From Octopus vulgaris (lineage: Eukaryota), in NCBI GenBank assembly GCA_951406725.2, contig OX597821.1, forward strand, positions 77,748,001-77,812,000: a DNA stretch of 64,000 bases, in the 5' to 3' direction. The position numbers were made by a program, and so were the translations under genes. The notes under the pieces were generated by a model. The model made no database searches, had not been told where the DNA came from, and worked only from the letters and a program-made list of their open reading frames with translations. Numbering within the stretch: position 1 is the stretch's first letter; the number at the start of each line of letters is the position of its first letter. This document shows positions 1 to 11,258 of this stretch, piece after piece.

Positions 1-221
1 TGGGGCAACGCCTTGAGTGCTTTAGGTGAACAAATCAACCTGAGTACTTATTTATATTTTAAGTCTGGTTCTTATTCTATTTGTTGTCTTTTGGTGAACC
101 ACTAAGTTACAGGGGTGTAAAGAAACCAACACTGGTTGTCAAGTGGTGGTGGGGGACAAACACAACACAAGCACACACACATACATAGACACATACATAT
201 ATTCATTTGTATTTGTGCGTA

Positions 222-461
222 TCTATCTGTCTGTCTGTCTAGCTATCTCTCTGTCTATCTATCTATCTGTCTATCTCTGTGTCTGTCTATCTCTCTCTGT
301 GTCTATCTGTGTCTGTCTGTCTCTCTATGTCTATCTATCTGTCTATTTATCTCTCTGTCTTGCTATCTCTTTGTCTATCTCTCTCTATGTCTATCTCTCT
401 CTGTGTCTATCTCTCTCTCTCAGTGTCTGTCTACCTCTCTCTGTCTATCTGTCTGTCTGTC

Positions 462-492
<31 letters not shown>

Positions 493-552
493 CTCTGTCT
501 GTCTCTCTCTGTCTCTCTCTCTCTCTCTCTCTGTCTGTTTGTCTCTCTCTGT
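222..552. repeat. Compound (TC)/(TATC)/(TGTC) microsatellite
   Basis: Direct inspection; explains the spurious Leu/Ser ORFs. Confidence 0.95.
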
Positions 553-803
553 ATTTTTTAGAATAATAGATAAGGAAAACAGAGTAGACGGGTAAGCTTT
601 ATTTAGTTTGCAGCACATTCTGTCTTCCCTATCAATTACAACATACTAAATGTGCACCGAAGAATTCCTTACCTAAATCCTGCGGATGACACTTGGCAGC
701 CGTAAGTGGTAAACGTACTCTCAAGGCACACTCCCCGGGACATACCCAAAACAAAGTTGGGATATAACGTTTTAAAATCTCCTATCTAAATTTTAATTTA
801 AAC

Positions 804-1185
804 AGGTGCAGGAGTGGCTGTGTGGTAGCTTGCTTTCCAACCACATGGTTCCGGGTTCAGTCCCACTGCATGGCACCTTGGGCCGACCAAAGCCTTGTGA
901 GTGGATTTGGTAGACGGAAATTGAAAGAAACCCGTCGTATATATAGATATGTATATGTATTTGCATGTATGTGTTTGTGTGTCTGTGTTTGTCCCACTAA
1001 CATCCCTTGACAACTGATGCTGATGTGTTTATGTCCCTGTAAGTTAGTAGTTCAGCAAAAAGAGACCGGTAGAATAAGTACTAGGCTTACAAAGACTAAG
1101 TCCTGGGGGTCGATTTGCTCGACTAAAGGTGGTGCTCCAGCATGGCCACAGTCAAATGACTGAAACAAGTAAAAGAATAAAAGAA
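804..1185 (+). mobile_element. tRNA-derived SINE, family A (CORE-like head)
   Basis: GGTGCAGGAGTGGCTGTGTGGTA...GGTTCAGTCCCAC head (A/B-box-like), internal (TA/TG)n, A-rich tail; many copies in window. Confidence 0.85.
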
Positions 1186-1686
1186 TATATATACACACAC
1201 ACACTCACATGAACATACATGTATCAGGTTGTTCATGAATACTACTCATAACATGTAGCAACCAAACCATGTGACATGTCTGCTGCCCAACAACCTAACT
1301 ACATTCTTTTGTGAAGATGGCACACCTAATTACAAAACTCAACATGCATGATTAAACTCTAACAATTAGTACTTTAATCAAATTTAATGAACGAAAATCC
1401 TTCATACCATTTCCCCGCCATAACCTACCATACAGTATAATTACCATTCAACAGAACTCTAGTTACCATTGAAAATTTTAAACTTAACCAGGGACTATAT
1501 AACATCAAAAGCCCAATGATGGCTCAGCTGACCACAACTTCAAAGTCACTGTCAAAACTATTCTTCTTGTTAAAGATTAATAAACATTATATATATATAT
1601 ATACTTCATTAAAAAGTAGTACAAATATCACAAAAACTGTTACTCAGAGTTTCACGTTCTCTTTTGTCAACAGTTTTGTTCTAAAC

Positions 1687-1731
1687 AAAACTTTCTGATG
1701 AATAGGAACGTGAAACTCTGAGTAACAGTTT
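1687..1731 (+). ncRNA. Degenerate minimal (Penelope-type) hammerhead ribozyme motif in a foldback repeat
   Basis: aaacttt CTGATGA ataggaacgt GAAA ctctgag TA acagttt; mirror copy on - strand at ~1634-1678; stem II eroded. Confidence 0.5.
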
Positions 1732-1789
1732 CTGTGGTATTTTTGCTGCTTTTTAATAAAGCATATTATTCTACCTTTGGTATTTGAGT

Positions 1790-2765
1790 ACTATTTTTTT
1801 TGCCACCTTGTTCCACATTTATGTGCTTAGAGCTCCTACTTCTGCTGGTGACAAAGGGCATCTCGCTCAGAGTAAAAGTTAGACTGTATGATGCATGTGT
1901 ACAAACTGCCATGCTACATGGCAGTGAAACATGGGCCGTAACTGCTGAGGACATGCATAAGCTTGCAAGGAATGAAGCCAGTATGCTCTGCTGGATGTCT
2001 AATGTGAGTGTGCATACATGACAGAGTTTAAGCACCCTGAGAGAAAAGTTGGATTTAAGAAGCATCAGATATGGTGTGCAAGAGAGACGACTGCTGGTAT
2101 GGTCATGTGTTGTGAATGAATGAGGACAGCTGTGTGAAAAAGTGTCACGCTCTAGCAGTTGAGGGAATCTGTGGAAGAGGTAGACCCAGGAAAACTTGGG
2201 ATGAGGTGGTGAAGCACGACCTTCAAACATTGGGCCTTACCGAGGCAATGACTTGTGACCGGGACCTTTGGAGATATGCTGTGCTTGAGAAGACCTGACA
2301 ATCCAAGTGAGACCATAGCCCATGGCCTATGCCAGTGGGTGTAACCAGCCCATTTATGAATATCCCTCATTCATTGGACAATAAACCTTGATTGTGAAGA
2401 CCTATTGAGGCAAGTGAAATCAAAATTGCTGACGTGACCAAAGACAGTACCGCCTGATTGGTACACATCCGAATGTGGGGTGTAACCGGGCCACTTATGA
2501 GTATCCTTCATTCATTGGACAATGAACTTTGCTTGCAAAGACCTGTTGAGACAAGTGTAAACAAACCAAAATCGCTGATGTGGCTGATGACAGTACCACC
2601 TGATTGGTACTCATGCCAGTGGAACGTTAAAAGCACATCCATGTGTGATCGCTGCCAGGGCCACGAATTGGCTCCCGTACTGGTGACACGGGAAAAGCAC
2701 CATTCAAGCATGATCGTTACCAGTGTCAGCTTACCAGCACATGTGCCAGTGGTACATGTAAATAT
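1790..2765 (+). mobile_element. 5'-truncated RTE-clade LINE (RT C-terminal remnant + 3'UTR)
   Basis: Frameshifted ORF ...LRVKVRLYDACVQTAMLHGSETW...GRGRPRKTWDEVVKHDL, followed by the 3'UTR with ~65-bp repeat units seen throughout the window. Confidence 0.85.
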
Positions 2766-2945
2766 AAGTAGAAAAAAAAAAGAAAGTATTTTTGTATTCT
2801 TTAATGAAGGAGAAATCTCGTTCGTCTCTCAACCGCATAACCAATATTTTTAACTAAACTGTTCAATGTCTTTTCGTTTTATGTCGATTTTTTTTTTTTT
2901 TTGTCTTTAAAAAATTGTTTTTTGTTCTTTTTTTAAAATCTCCAG

Positions 2946-3113
2946 GAGGAAATTATTTATATGACCTGTCCTGAATTGCTGGCCTCTACTCTCTTCATGG
3001 AAGCTATGGACGACAATGAAGCCATAACCATTAAAGGCTTTGAGAAGTTCTCTGAGTTTTCTGGTTATGGAGAGAATTTGAAGTTCTCTGGAAACTACTG
3101 TGATAAGGCTTCT
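2946..3113 (+). CDS. Split-PARG/AKAP-like gene, first exon visible in window (PARG catalytic-domain segment beginning at the EE of the QEE motif); upstream exons lie outside the window
   Basis: Polypyrimidine tract + tccAG acceptor, GTGAGT donor at 3114, phase 0/0. Translates EEIIYMTCPELLASTLFMEAMDDNEAITIKGFEKFSEFSGYGENLKFSGNYCDKAS, matching the PARG pattern QEEIRF..PEL..S.LF.E.L..NE...I.G.E.YS.Y.GY. Confidence 0.9.
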
Positions 3114-3254
3114 GTGAGTAACTCTGAATGCTGCATGTTTTCCTTAAATAGTCAGAATGTTTGGCGGTGCTTTGTTATCACCTATGGCAACAAGGAATAC
3201 ATTTAACTTTCATTGTTGTCGTCATTATCATTGTTATCACCACCACCACCACCA

Positions 3255-4400
3255 CCACCACCACCATCATCATCATCATTTAATGTCCATTTTCCCTGCT
3301 GGTGTTGGGGTTGAACAGTTTGACAGGAGCTGGTATGGTCAGGGGCCATACCAGGTTCAATAGTCTGTTTGGGCTTGGTTTCTATGGCTTGATGCCTTTC
3401 CTAATGCCAACCACTACTGGTTGGGTGCTTTTTATGTGGTACCAGCACCAGTACTTTTATGTGGCACTAGTGCCTTTTACATGACACCAGCACAGGTGCT
3501 TTTTGTGTGGCATCAGCCCTGGTGCTTTTATGTGGCACAAGTGCTTTTTATGTGACACCAGTACTTTTTATGTGGTACCAGTGTTTTTTATATGGCACCA
3601 GCGCCCTCACCAATGCTTTTTTTGTGGTATCTTGGTTTTAGGACCTCTATTATGTTGTGGTGGCAGGTCTTCTCGAGTACAGCACTGCACCACATATTTC
3701 CGCCCTCTGTCATCTCCTTTGTAAGGTTCAGCATTTTGAGATTGGCCTTCTGTACTTTGTTCCATGTCTTCCTGGGTTTCCTTCTTCTATAACTTCTTTC
3801 CACTTTAAGTGATCATCTCTTCTTTATGCCACTGTCCTCATCCATCTGCATCACAAGACCAAACTGGTGCCGTCTCCTCTCTTGCACACTGCCTGTAATT
3901 CCTCTTATGCCCAACTTCTCTCAATATGCCAATGCTCTGTCGCACATGGACACAATGGATTTTTATACGTAAAAAGCACCATTCGAGCGTGGTCGATGCC
4001 AGTCCCTCCGGACTGGCTCTCATGCTGGTGGCATATAAAATACACCATATGAATGTGGTTGATGCCAGTGCTGCCTGACTGGCTCCTGTGTTGGTGGAAA
4101 AAAAAGCACCATTCGAGCATGGTTGTTGCCAGTGTCACCTGACTGGCCTCCGTGCCAGTGGCATGTAAAAAGCACCATTCAAGCGTGGTCAATGCCAGTA
4201 CGCACACACACACACACACACACACACCACTATATCATCATCATCATCATTTAACATCTGTGTTCCATGCTGGCATGGGTTGGACTGTTTGATGGTATTT
4301 GATGGGCCCAAGGACTGCATTGTGCTCCACTGTCTACTTAGGCATGGTTTCTATTGCAGGATGCCCATCCTAACGCCAACCATTTTACAGCATTGTACTG
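3255..4400. mobile_element. Cluster of RTE LINE 3' fragments in both orientations
   Basis: - strand RRKPRKTWNKV..NLKMLNLTKEMT remnant at ~3670-3900; GGCACGTAAAAAGCACC units; (CAT)n tails. Confidence 0.7.
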
Positions 4401-4489
4401 TGGAGATACATTCATTTTCTCTTAGAAGTGAACTGTTGTTTATTTGCTTTGCATTTAAATGTTTATATTTTTGTTTTCTTTTCCTCCAG

Positions 4490-4844
4490 CGGAAATCTGA
4501 TGGCAATCTGGAGACAATGCTAAGTGCCATCAATACACTTCCGTACAAGTTTAACAATCAACAAAGGCAATACATGGACCGATACCTGTTGCGAGATCTC
4601 AATAAATGTCTGGTTGGCTTTCAGCCAGCAATAAGCTCACTAAATCACACATCTGCAGATGAGGATTCCCTTCTCAATCAGGTTTGTGTCAACTCTGAGA
4701 CACAAACTGTTACTACTGGAATTGTAGAAGACCCCATTCTTGTAACTAATGTTGAACCCAGCAGTCTGACGCCTCCCCATAAAAGCAATGTTGCATCTAA
4801 CACAGATGAGATTCTCATTGCCAATGAAGCAACAGATGTTGAAG
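4490..4844 (+). CDS. Split-PARG/AKAP-like gene, exon 2 in window (PARG AID/RELNKAY-equivalent region, then start of low-complexity insert)
   Basis: ttcctccAG acceptor, G|GTTGGT donor (phase 1). RKSDGNLETMLSAINTLPYKFNNQQRQYMDRYLLRDLNKCLVGF matches PARG ...IVAIDAL.F....QF.....RELNKAY.GF. Confidence 0.88.
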
Positions 4845-4919
4845 GTTGGTTTTTTTGTTTATTTGTTAAAATATAAGCAATAATAAATCTTAGAGCAAGT
4901 TATAAACTGTAGCTGCAAC

Positions 4920-5147
4920 ACAACGTGAAGTATATTTGCCATTTAGATATGGCTAACCCCTAAGGGTGGATGCTACTGTAGCTTGTAGCCCCAGGAGGAC
5001 ACCTCTTCCAGCTGGCTATTGACACACTTTCTGTGCTCAAGTGTGTCAATAGCCAGCTGGAGGAGGTGTTCTCCTGGGGCTACAAGCTACAGTAGCATCC
5101 ACCCTTAGGGGCTAGCCATATTTAAATGGCAAATATACTTCATGTTG
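4920..5147. repeat. Near-perfect palindrome (~110-bp arms, ~9-nt loop)
   Basis: ...GCTGGCTATTGACACACTT tctgtgctc AAGTGTGTCAATAGCCAGC...; arms complementary out to ATATTTGCCATTTA / TAAATGGCAAATAT. Confidence 0.92.
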
Positions 5148-5701
5148 TTAAAATATAGTTTACTTAGTAATTGATCTGGATGAGTAATTATTGTCAAATA
5201 CCTGTATGTTGTTATTTGTTCCTTCTCAAGCCATGCTTGGCTCATAAGTGCTGGTTTCCCGGTTTCATTGGCATATACGTTCCCCACCTAGGCAGGATGC
5301 CGGTCTGTTGCAGGTGAGCTTCAAGATGCAGGAGGAAAGAGTGAGAGAAAGTTGTGGCGAAAGAGTCAGCAGAAGATCACTCTTACCTTCTGCTGGAGCC
5401 ACGTGGATCTTAGGTGTTTTGCTCATAAACACACACATCACCCAGTCTGAGATTCGAACCCAGAGTCCTTTGACCGTGAGTCAACTGCTCTAACCACTAT
5501 GCCGTGTGTCTCCACTAAATACCTGTGTGGGAACATTATATTCAACATGTTTTTGATATGTCATTTGTGTGTCGTTTTATATGTCTTTCTCTTTCTCAGC
5601 TCTGAACATAGACACACATACACCACATATTTACATCTTATTTCGAAATGTTTTCCATTCATATTGATTTCTGTTAATTTAAAAAATGTTTATATTTGTA
5701 G

Positions 5702-8016
5702 GGGAAAGAAAGGAAGTGAAATTTGTCGAAGATATTGATAGTTTTGCCAAGCGTTTAACAAAAGAAATTCTCACCGAATCTCTATGTGAATTGAACCCTC
5801 AGTGTACTTGTAATAACTCTGATGATGTGGCTCCTCGTTTTGATAAAGAATTCAAGTCTATAGCAAAGTTTATACCAGAACATTGTTCCCTGTATGGCAG
5901 CGGGCTGTTGGCGTCTACCTTTGGTCATACAGCATCGATGGATTACTTGGATGTTGATTACCATGACTGGATCTCAAACTTTCGACGTCGAAGTTCAAAC
6001 CTGAGCGATTTGACATCCCGTCGAAGTAGCTGCAGTACACGTTACAGCTCCTACAGCGACATCAGTTCAGACTTTGAGGAATTGTACGAATCTTTCATGA
6101 AACGAGAACTCACGACTCGTCCTGGTACGATTCATGAAGAAATCGGCACATACAATGTTCAGGATTTTGCTGCCAACTTTATAGAAAACCTACTCCAAGA
6201 GAGTGCTGCTATTGTTTATAATACAACCGGTATGCAGAACTTCCAAAATATTCACCTTCCATCTAATCTGCACAAACCTGTGCCAATTAAACTCGGCCCT
6301 GAACCAAACATCGATCGTAATGCCAATGTCTCTTTTATATCAGAGGACACTGTCCAAGGTTATGTGGATCATTTATTTGAAGACATCAAGGTGACTGTTG
6401 TTGATTCAGAAGAAATTTGTTTACAGTGTGAAAATAAAGAACAACAAAGACAATGTTCATTTTTCAGCAATTTAAGCACACTGAATGATCTTTCTGATGC
6501 TAGCATCATGTCTGTTGAGCCAGCTTGCAACATTTTCCGGCCAGCCATACCACAGGCCATCTACAGTTATTCAGATTACCTCTCAAATGAAATTTTATGT
6601 GATTCTCTAAACGAAATAAGTACTCTAAATATTTCCTTTCTTGTCAGTTCGGTTTTAGCATCCAACTGTGAACAGAAAACCTCTCCATCGTCTACAGAGC
6701 TAGACTTAACTGCAGTTGCAGATAAATTAGTCAACCAAATCTTTCGGGAAGCCAAAGCTATAGTTAACTGCACTAACCCTTCCTCAGCTTCTTCCAGTCG
6801 ACGACAATCACTATGGAGCAACTCTTCTTCATTGTCTGGTTGGATGAATAATAGCTTATCGTTTGGATGTTGGATTAATGATTTAAGTTCAAACATTCTC
6901 GATAGCAGCCTGAAAACAGCTCACAAAATTAGTATGTTTATTGATAGTATTGAATGCCATGGTGTAAAAGCTGCCTATACCTCAAGTAGTTGCCAAGGAG
7001 TTTATCTCCCTGATTACGACAAATATGCCTTGACTATTACGAAGGAACTATTTACAAATGCTTTGTTAGAACTGCACGAAAACTACCTTATTAACCCCTA
7101 TTACCGACAGCTGCTACGGTACCAATATGGGCCCAGCTTGCAGAATATGACTAGTGTTGAAGACATGGACTGTTGTGGAGTTGGTTTTGACCACAAACTT
7201 GTTCCTCAGGAAGATCTTGCCAATTTCTATATGGAACTTGAGAGGCAAAGTTCTTTGAGTGAGCAGAATAAAACAATTGAACCAAGCATGAGTGGATTCC
7301 GCGATATTACACTTTCACAGTTTGCCGAGGAACTGATGCGCGCTGATGCAACGAGCCAGTCTTTGTTGAGCTTGCGCAATAATTGGCACCAGGAAAGTTT
7401 CCACAGCGGTAGTCTGAGTGGATTTAAAGACAACACTTTGGCAAGTTTTGAGGACGAGTTGCTTAGGAGTCGTGTTGATTCTCCAGATTCCTTACTATAT
7501 TTTGATATTAGGGACAATTTCCAACATCAAGAATCAGTGATCTCTCGAACTGATATTTCCGATGACCCGACATCTAAAGATTTCAGTGAAATCCATTCTA
7601 TGTCTTTGGACAGTGACGATAATCTATCAACATTTGCTGATCAGGTGTCAGAGGAAATAATGTACGAGTCTTTTGTAGATATTTTTGGAGTCATTCCATG
7701 TAACGTTCAGTTTAAATCTAATATATGCTTGCTATGTCTTGAAATGATTGCCGATGAAATTGCCAAAAATGTGATCCATGTTGCCATTCTGACGTTGCAA
7801 AACCCTTCTTGCGACTACAGCGAAGATTTAACTCTGAACTTTTCACAATTTACTCATCCATGCTTGCATAGAAAATTTCCTGTAATGTCTGTCATCGATT
7901 CCGAACCACAAAACATTCCACCACCTCTAACTCTAAATGACTTTTATGAAAATACTTCCAAAGAAATCATAGAATCTGCTATTTTAACCGTTTCTTCATG
8001 CAGAGACATTTACAAA
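5702..8016 (+). CDS. Split-PARG/AKAP-like gene, 2.3-kb exon 3 in window (acidic, Ser-rich, repeated AKAP-like amphipathic helices)
   Basis: 783-aa ORF. tttgtAG acceptor in phase 1 fits the previous exon; AAA|GTAAGT donor at 8017 (phase 0). Motifs include FAKRLTKEILTESL, VADKLVNQIFREA, FADQVSEEIMYESF, IADEIAKNVIHVAI. Confidence 0.9.
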
Positions 8017-8189
8017 GTAAGTCGAAATATTTTTTAAAAATTATTTTTCTCTTTTTTCTGTAATCCTTTCTTTTTCCACTGGTAAAGCAAAAACATAAAC
8101 TCCTCATTTCACTACTAGTGAACTGAATTAACTTCACTTTTGTATTTGTTCTGCAAGGTTCTTGATGTGAATTCATGAGTTGAAATAAA

Positions 8190-8625
8190 TCTTGTCTTGG
8201 GAGGGTCATCATACCAATAACAACAGCACATGCACTGGTGCACTACCACTTCTTTATTGTTTGTCAGTTGGTTGAATATTTACCCAACTAAGTAATTGAT
8301 CATTTGTTTAATGTGCTGATTAAACAGGTAATCAGGTGTTTGCTAGTGAAAGTCCTTTTGTTTCTTTATTGCCCACAGGGGGCTACACACAGAGGGGACA
8401 AACAAGGACAGACAAACAGATTAAGTCGATTATATTGACCCCAGTGTGTAACTGGTACTTATTTAATCAACTCCGAAAGGATGAAAGGCAAAATCAACCT
8501 CAGTGGAGTTTGAATTCAGTTGGTTAAATATTGGGTAAATATTTAACAATCTGACAAATAATAAAGAAGTGATATTGCACCAGTGCATGTGCTGTTGTTA
8601 TTGGTGTGATGGCCCTCCCAAGACA
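8190..8625. repeat. Inverted repeat (~95-bp arms) with a SINE fragment in the loop
   Basis: TCTTGGGAGGGTCATCATACCAATAACAACAGCACATGCACTGGTGCA vs TGCACCAGTGCATGTGCTGTTGTTATTGGTGTGATGGCCCTCCCAAGA. Confidence 0.85.
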
Positions 8626-9279
8626 CAAAAGAGAGGAAGTCACTGACCTTCTCAGTGGTTTCCTCTCTCCACAAGGTCTACTCTGATGAATTTAGTTTTT
8701 CGTTTTACTGGAGAAAAACAGCAATAACATCAACAATAAACTGAAAGATGAATCATTGGGTGAATTTTGTCAAAATGGTGTTTTCTTGGTTAGTTGAAAC
8801 AAATATTGGTTTCAGATTTTGTCTCAAGGCCAGCAGTTTTAGGGGTGGGGTAGGAAAATCGATTACACCAACCCCATTGTATGACCAGTACTTTTTTTAT
8901 TGACCTCTGAAAAGGGTGAAAGGCAGAGTCAACTTTGGTGGAATTGGAACTCAGAACGTTAAGACAGATGACATGCCACTAAGTGCTTTGCTCAATATGC
9001 TACCGATTCTGTCAGTTTGTTGCCTTTGCATGTTTTTTTTTACCAAAATCTTAACGTCTGCCTACTTCTCTCTTACTGCTGTAAATCATTGTTCTATGGC
9101 CATACTGGGGCACTGCCCTCAAGTATTTTAATTAACTGTGTAGATAGTTGTATTGCTTTTAGCTTTAGTTATTATTTATTACTCTCATAAGAAATGAAGG
9201 GCAATTTGAGGCTATGGTAAGAGAGACTTGCTCAAGGTGCCCTACAATGAGATCAAGCTTGGAAATAAATATTAAATAT

Positions 9280-9875
9280 TCTTTTCTGCTCTAGGCACAA
9301 GGCCCGAAATTTGGGGGGAGTCGGCCAGTTGATTAGGTTGATCCTCAGTACGCAACTGGTACTTAATTTATTGACCCTGAAAGGATGAAAAGCAAAGTCG
9401 ACCTTGGTGGAATTTGAATTCAGAATGTAAAGACAGACGAAATACCTCTAGGTATTTCATTTGGCATGCTAACGTTTCTGCCAGCTCACCGCCTGAATTA
9501 AATATTAAATATTTATTTCTTTATTGCCCACAAGGGGACAAACAAGGACCGACAAAGGGATTAAGTTGATTACATCGGCCCCAGTACGCAACTGGTACTT
9601 AATTTATCAATCCCGAAAGGATGAAAGGCAAAGTCGACCTTATTTCTTTACTGCCCACAAGGAGCTACACACAGAGGGGACAAACAAGGACAGACAAACA
9701 GATTAAGTCGATTATATCGACCCCAGTCCGTAACTGGTACTTATTTAATCAACCCCGAAAGGATGAAAGGCAAAGTCGACCTGGGCGCAATTTGAACTCA
9801 AAACGTAAAGATAGACAAAATACCGCTAAGCATTTCGCCTTGTGTGCTAACGATTCTGCCAGCTTGCCGCCCGAA
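9280..9875 (-). mobile_element. Tandem copies of tRNA-derived SINE family B
   Basis: Reverse complement of GGCGAGCTGGCAGAATCGTTAGCA...GAGTTCAAATTCC...GCCTTTCATCCTTTCGGGGTCGATAAA; also at 22515-22745(-), 31572-31775, 52300-52525, 52812-53030, 59046-59240, 60930-61320 (+). Confidence 0.85.
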
Positions 9876-11258
9876 ATAAATATTAAATCCCATTTAGAAT
9901 AGGTGTGGTTGTGTGGTTAATAAGGTTGCTTCTTGACCATGTGGTCTTGGGTTCAGTCTCATGGTGCAGCACCTTGAGCAAGTGTCTTCTACTGTAGCTC
10001 TGTGGGTGGATTTGGTTAATGGAAACTGAAAGGAGCCTGTTGTGTGTGTATTTCTGTGTACCCTGGTCTAGACATAATGTGAGTGTTGTAAATGAGCTTC
10101 ACTGTTGTACAAGCGTGGGGAAATGTTACTTTGCTTGGAAACAGGCAGGGAGTTGGCAGTAGGAAGGCGTGCAGCTGTTGAGAATCTGCCTCAGCGAATT
10201 GTTTGATCCATGCAATGTTAGAAGAGTTGCACGTTAAATGGTGATGGTGATGAGGATGATGATGGTGATGATGATAAGGATTTAGGATATGTCTTCTCTA
10301 TCAATAAACCACATTAATTTTTTTATTGTTATGTATAGCAATTCTTTAGGTAAATTGTGAGCAAAGCATGAAATATGAGAACACCGTAGAGAAAACAGGA
10401 CTGATTGTATGTATTACTTGTTTAGAAACTGGTTGGCATTAGGAAGGGCATCCAGACGTAGAAAACCATGCCAAATTAGACTGGCGCCTGGTGCAGCCTT
10501 CCAGCATGCCAGCCCAGTCAAACTGTCCAACTCATGCCAGCATGGACAACGGACGCTTGTTGTTGTTGATGATGATGTAGTAGTAGTAGTGATTTAGAAA
10601 GTTCTAAGGTTGCTCTTGCAATGGTTTTTATCATTGAATGAATATTCATTACATATAGCACACACATCAAACATTTTTTTTATTAAATTTTTTGTTTATG
10701 ATGATGACAACGACCATCATCATCATCACCGTCATCATCATTTAACATCTGTTTTCTATGCTGGTATGGGTTGTATGGTTTGAGAGGATCCATCAAGCTG
10801 CAAAGCTGCATTGAGCGTCAGTCTCAGCTTTGGTAGGCTTTCCATAGCTGGATACCCTTCCTAACACTTGCCCTCCTTAATGCCATTTAAAATATCAAAT
10901 ATGCCCTTTCTAATGCCATCCATAATGTTAAATCACTGTAAGACATCCAAAATATTGTTGGTGGCAGGCTGAAATTCACCTGCCTCAATGTTATACAATT
11001 TTGAGAATGCAGATTTTTACCAGCACCATTTGTCTTGATCTCGTTCACACATCTTATGTCTTCTGAGATCAAAGTTCCAAAATAGTTAAAGGATGATCCC
11101 TGCTTCATAATATTCTAATAAAATGAAACTTTACCAAGAACCTTAACATCTTCATCATACCTTTCTTTACAGAAATATTTCTCGCTTGAATTTACTATCT
11201 TTTACCCTTAAATTCAACTCCTATTTATTCACATTGTTTTGAGTTAATCCTGCATTAT

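Noticed and set aside
562-591. Possible small exon (tttAG ... GG|GTAAGC) upstream of the PARG-like exon
   Set aside because: Does not encode the expected GGG...Q segment preceding EE; lies next to repeats; no support.
136-595. ORFs of 95-150 aa rich in Leu/Ser/Cys
   Set aside because: Translations of a microsatellite; the same applies to the poly-I/K/E/F/S ORFs at 58797-60955.
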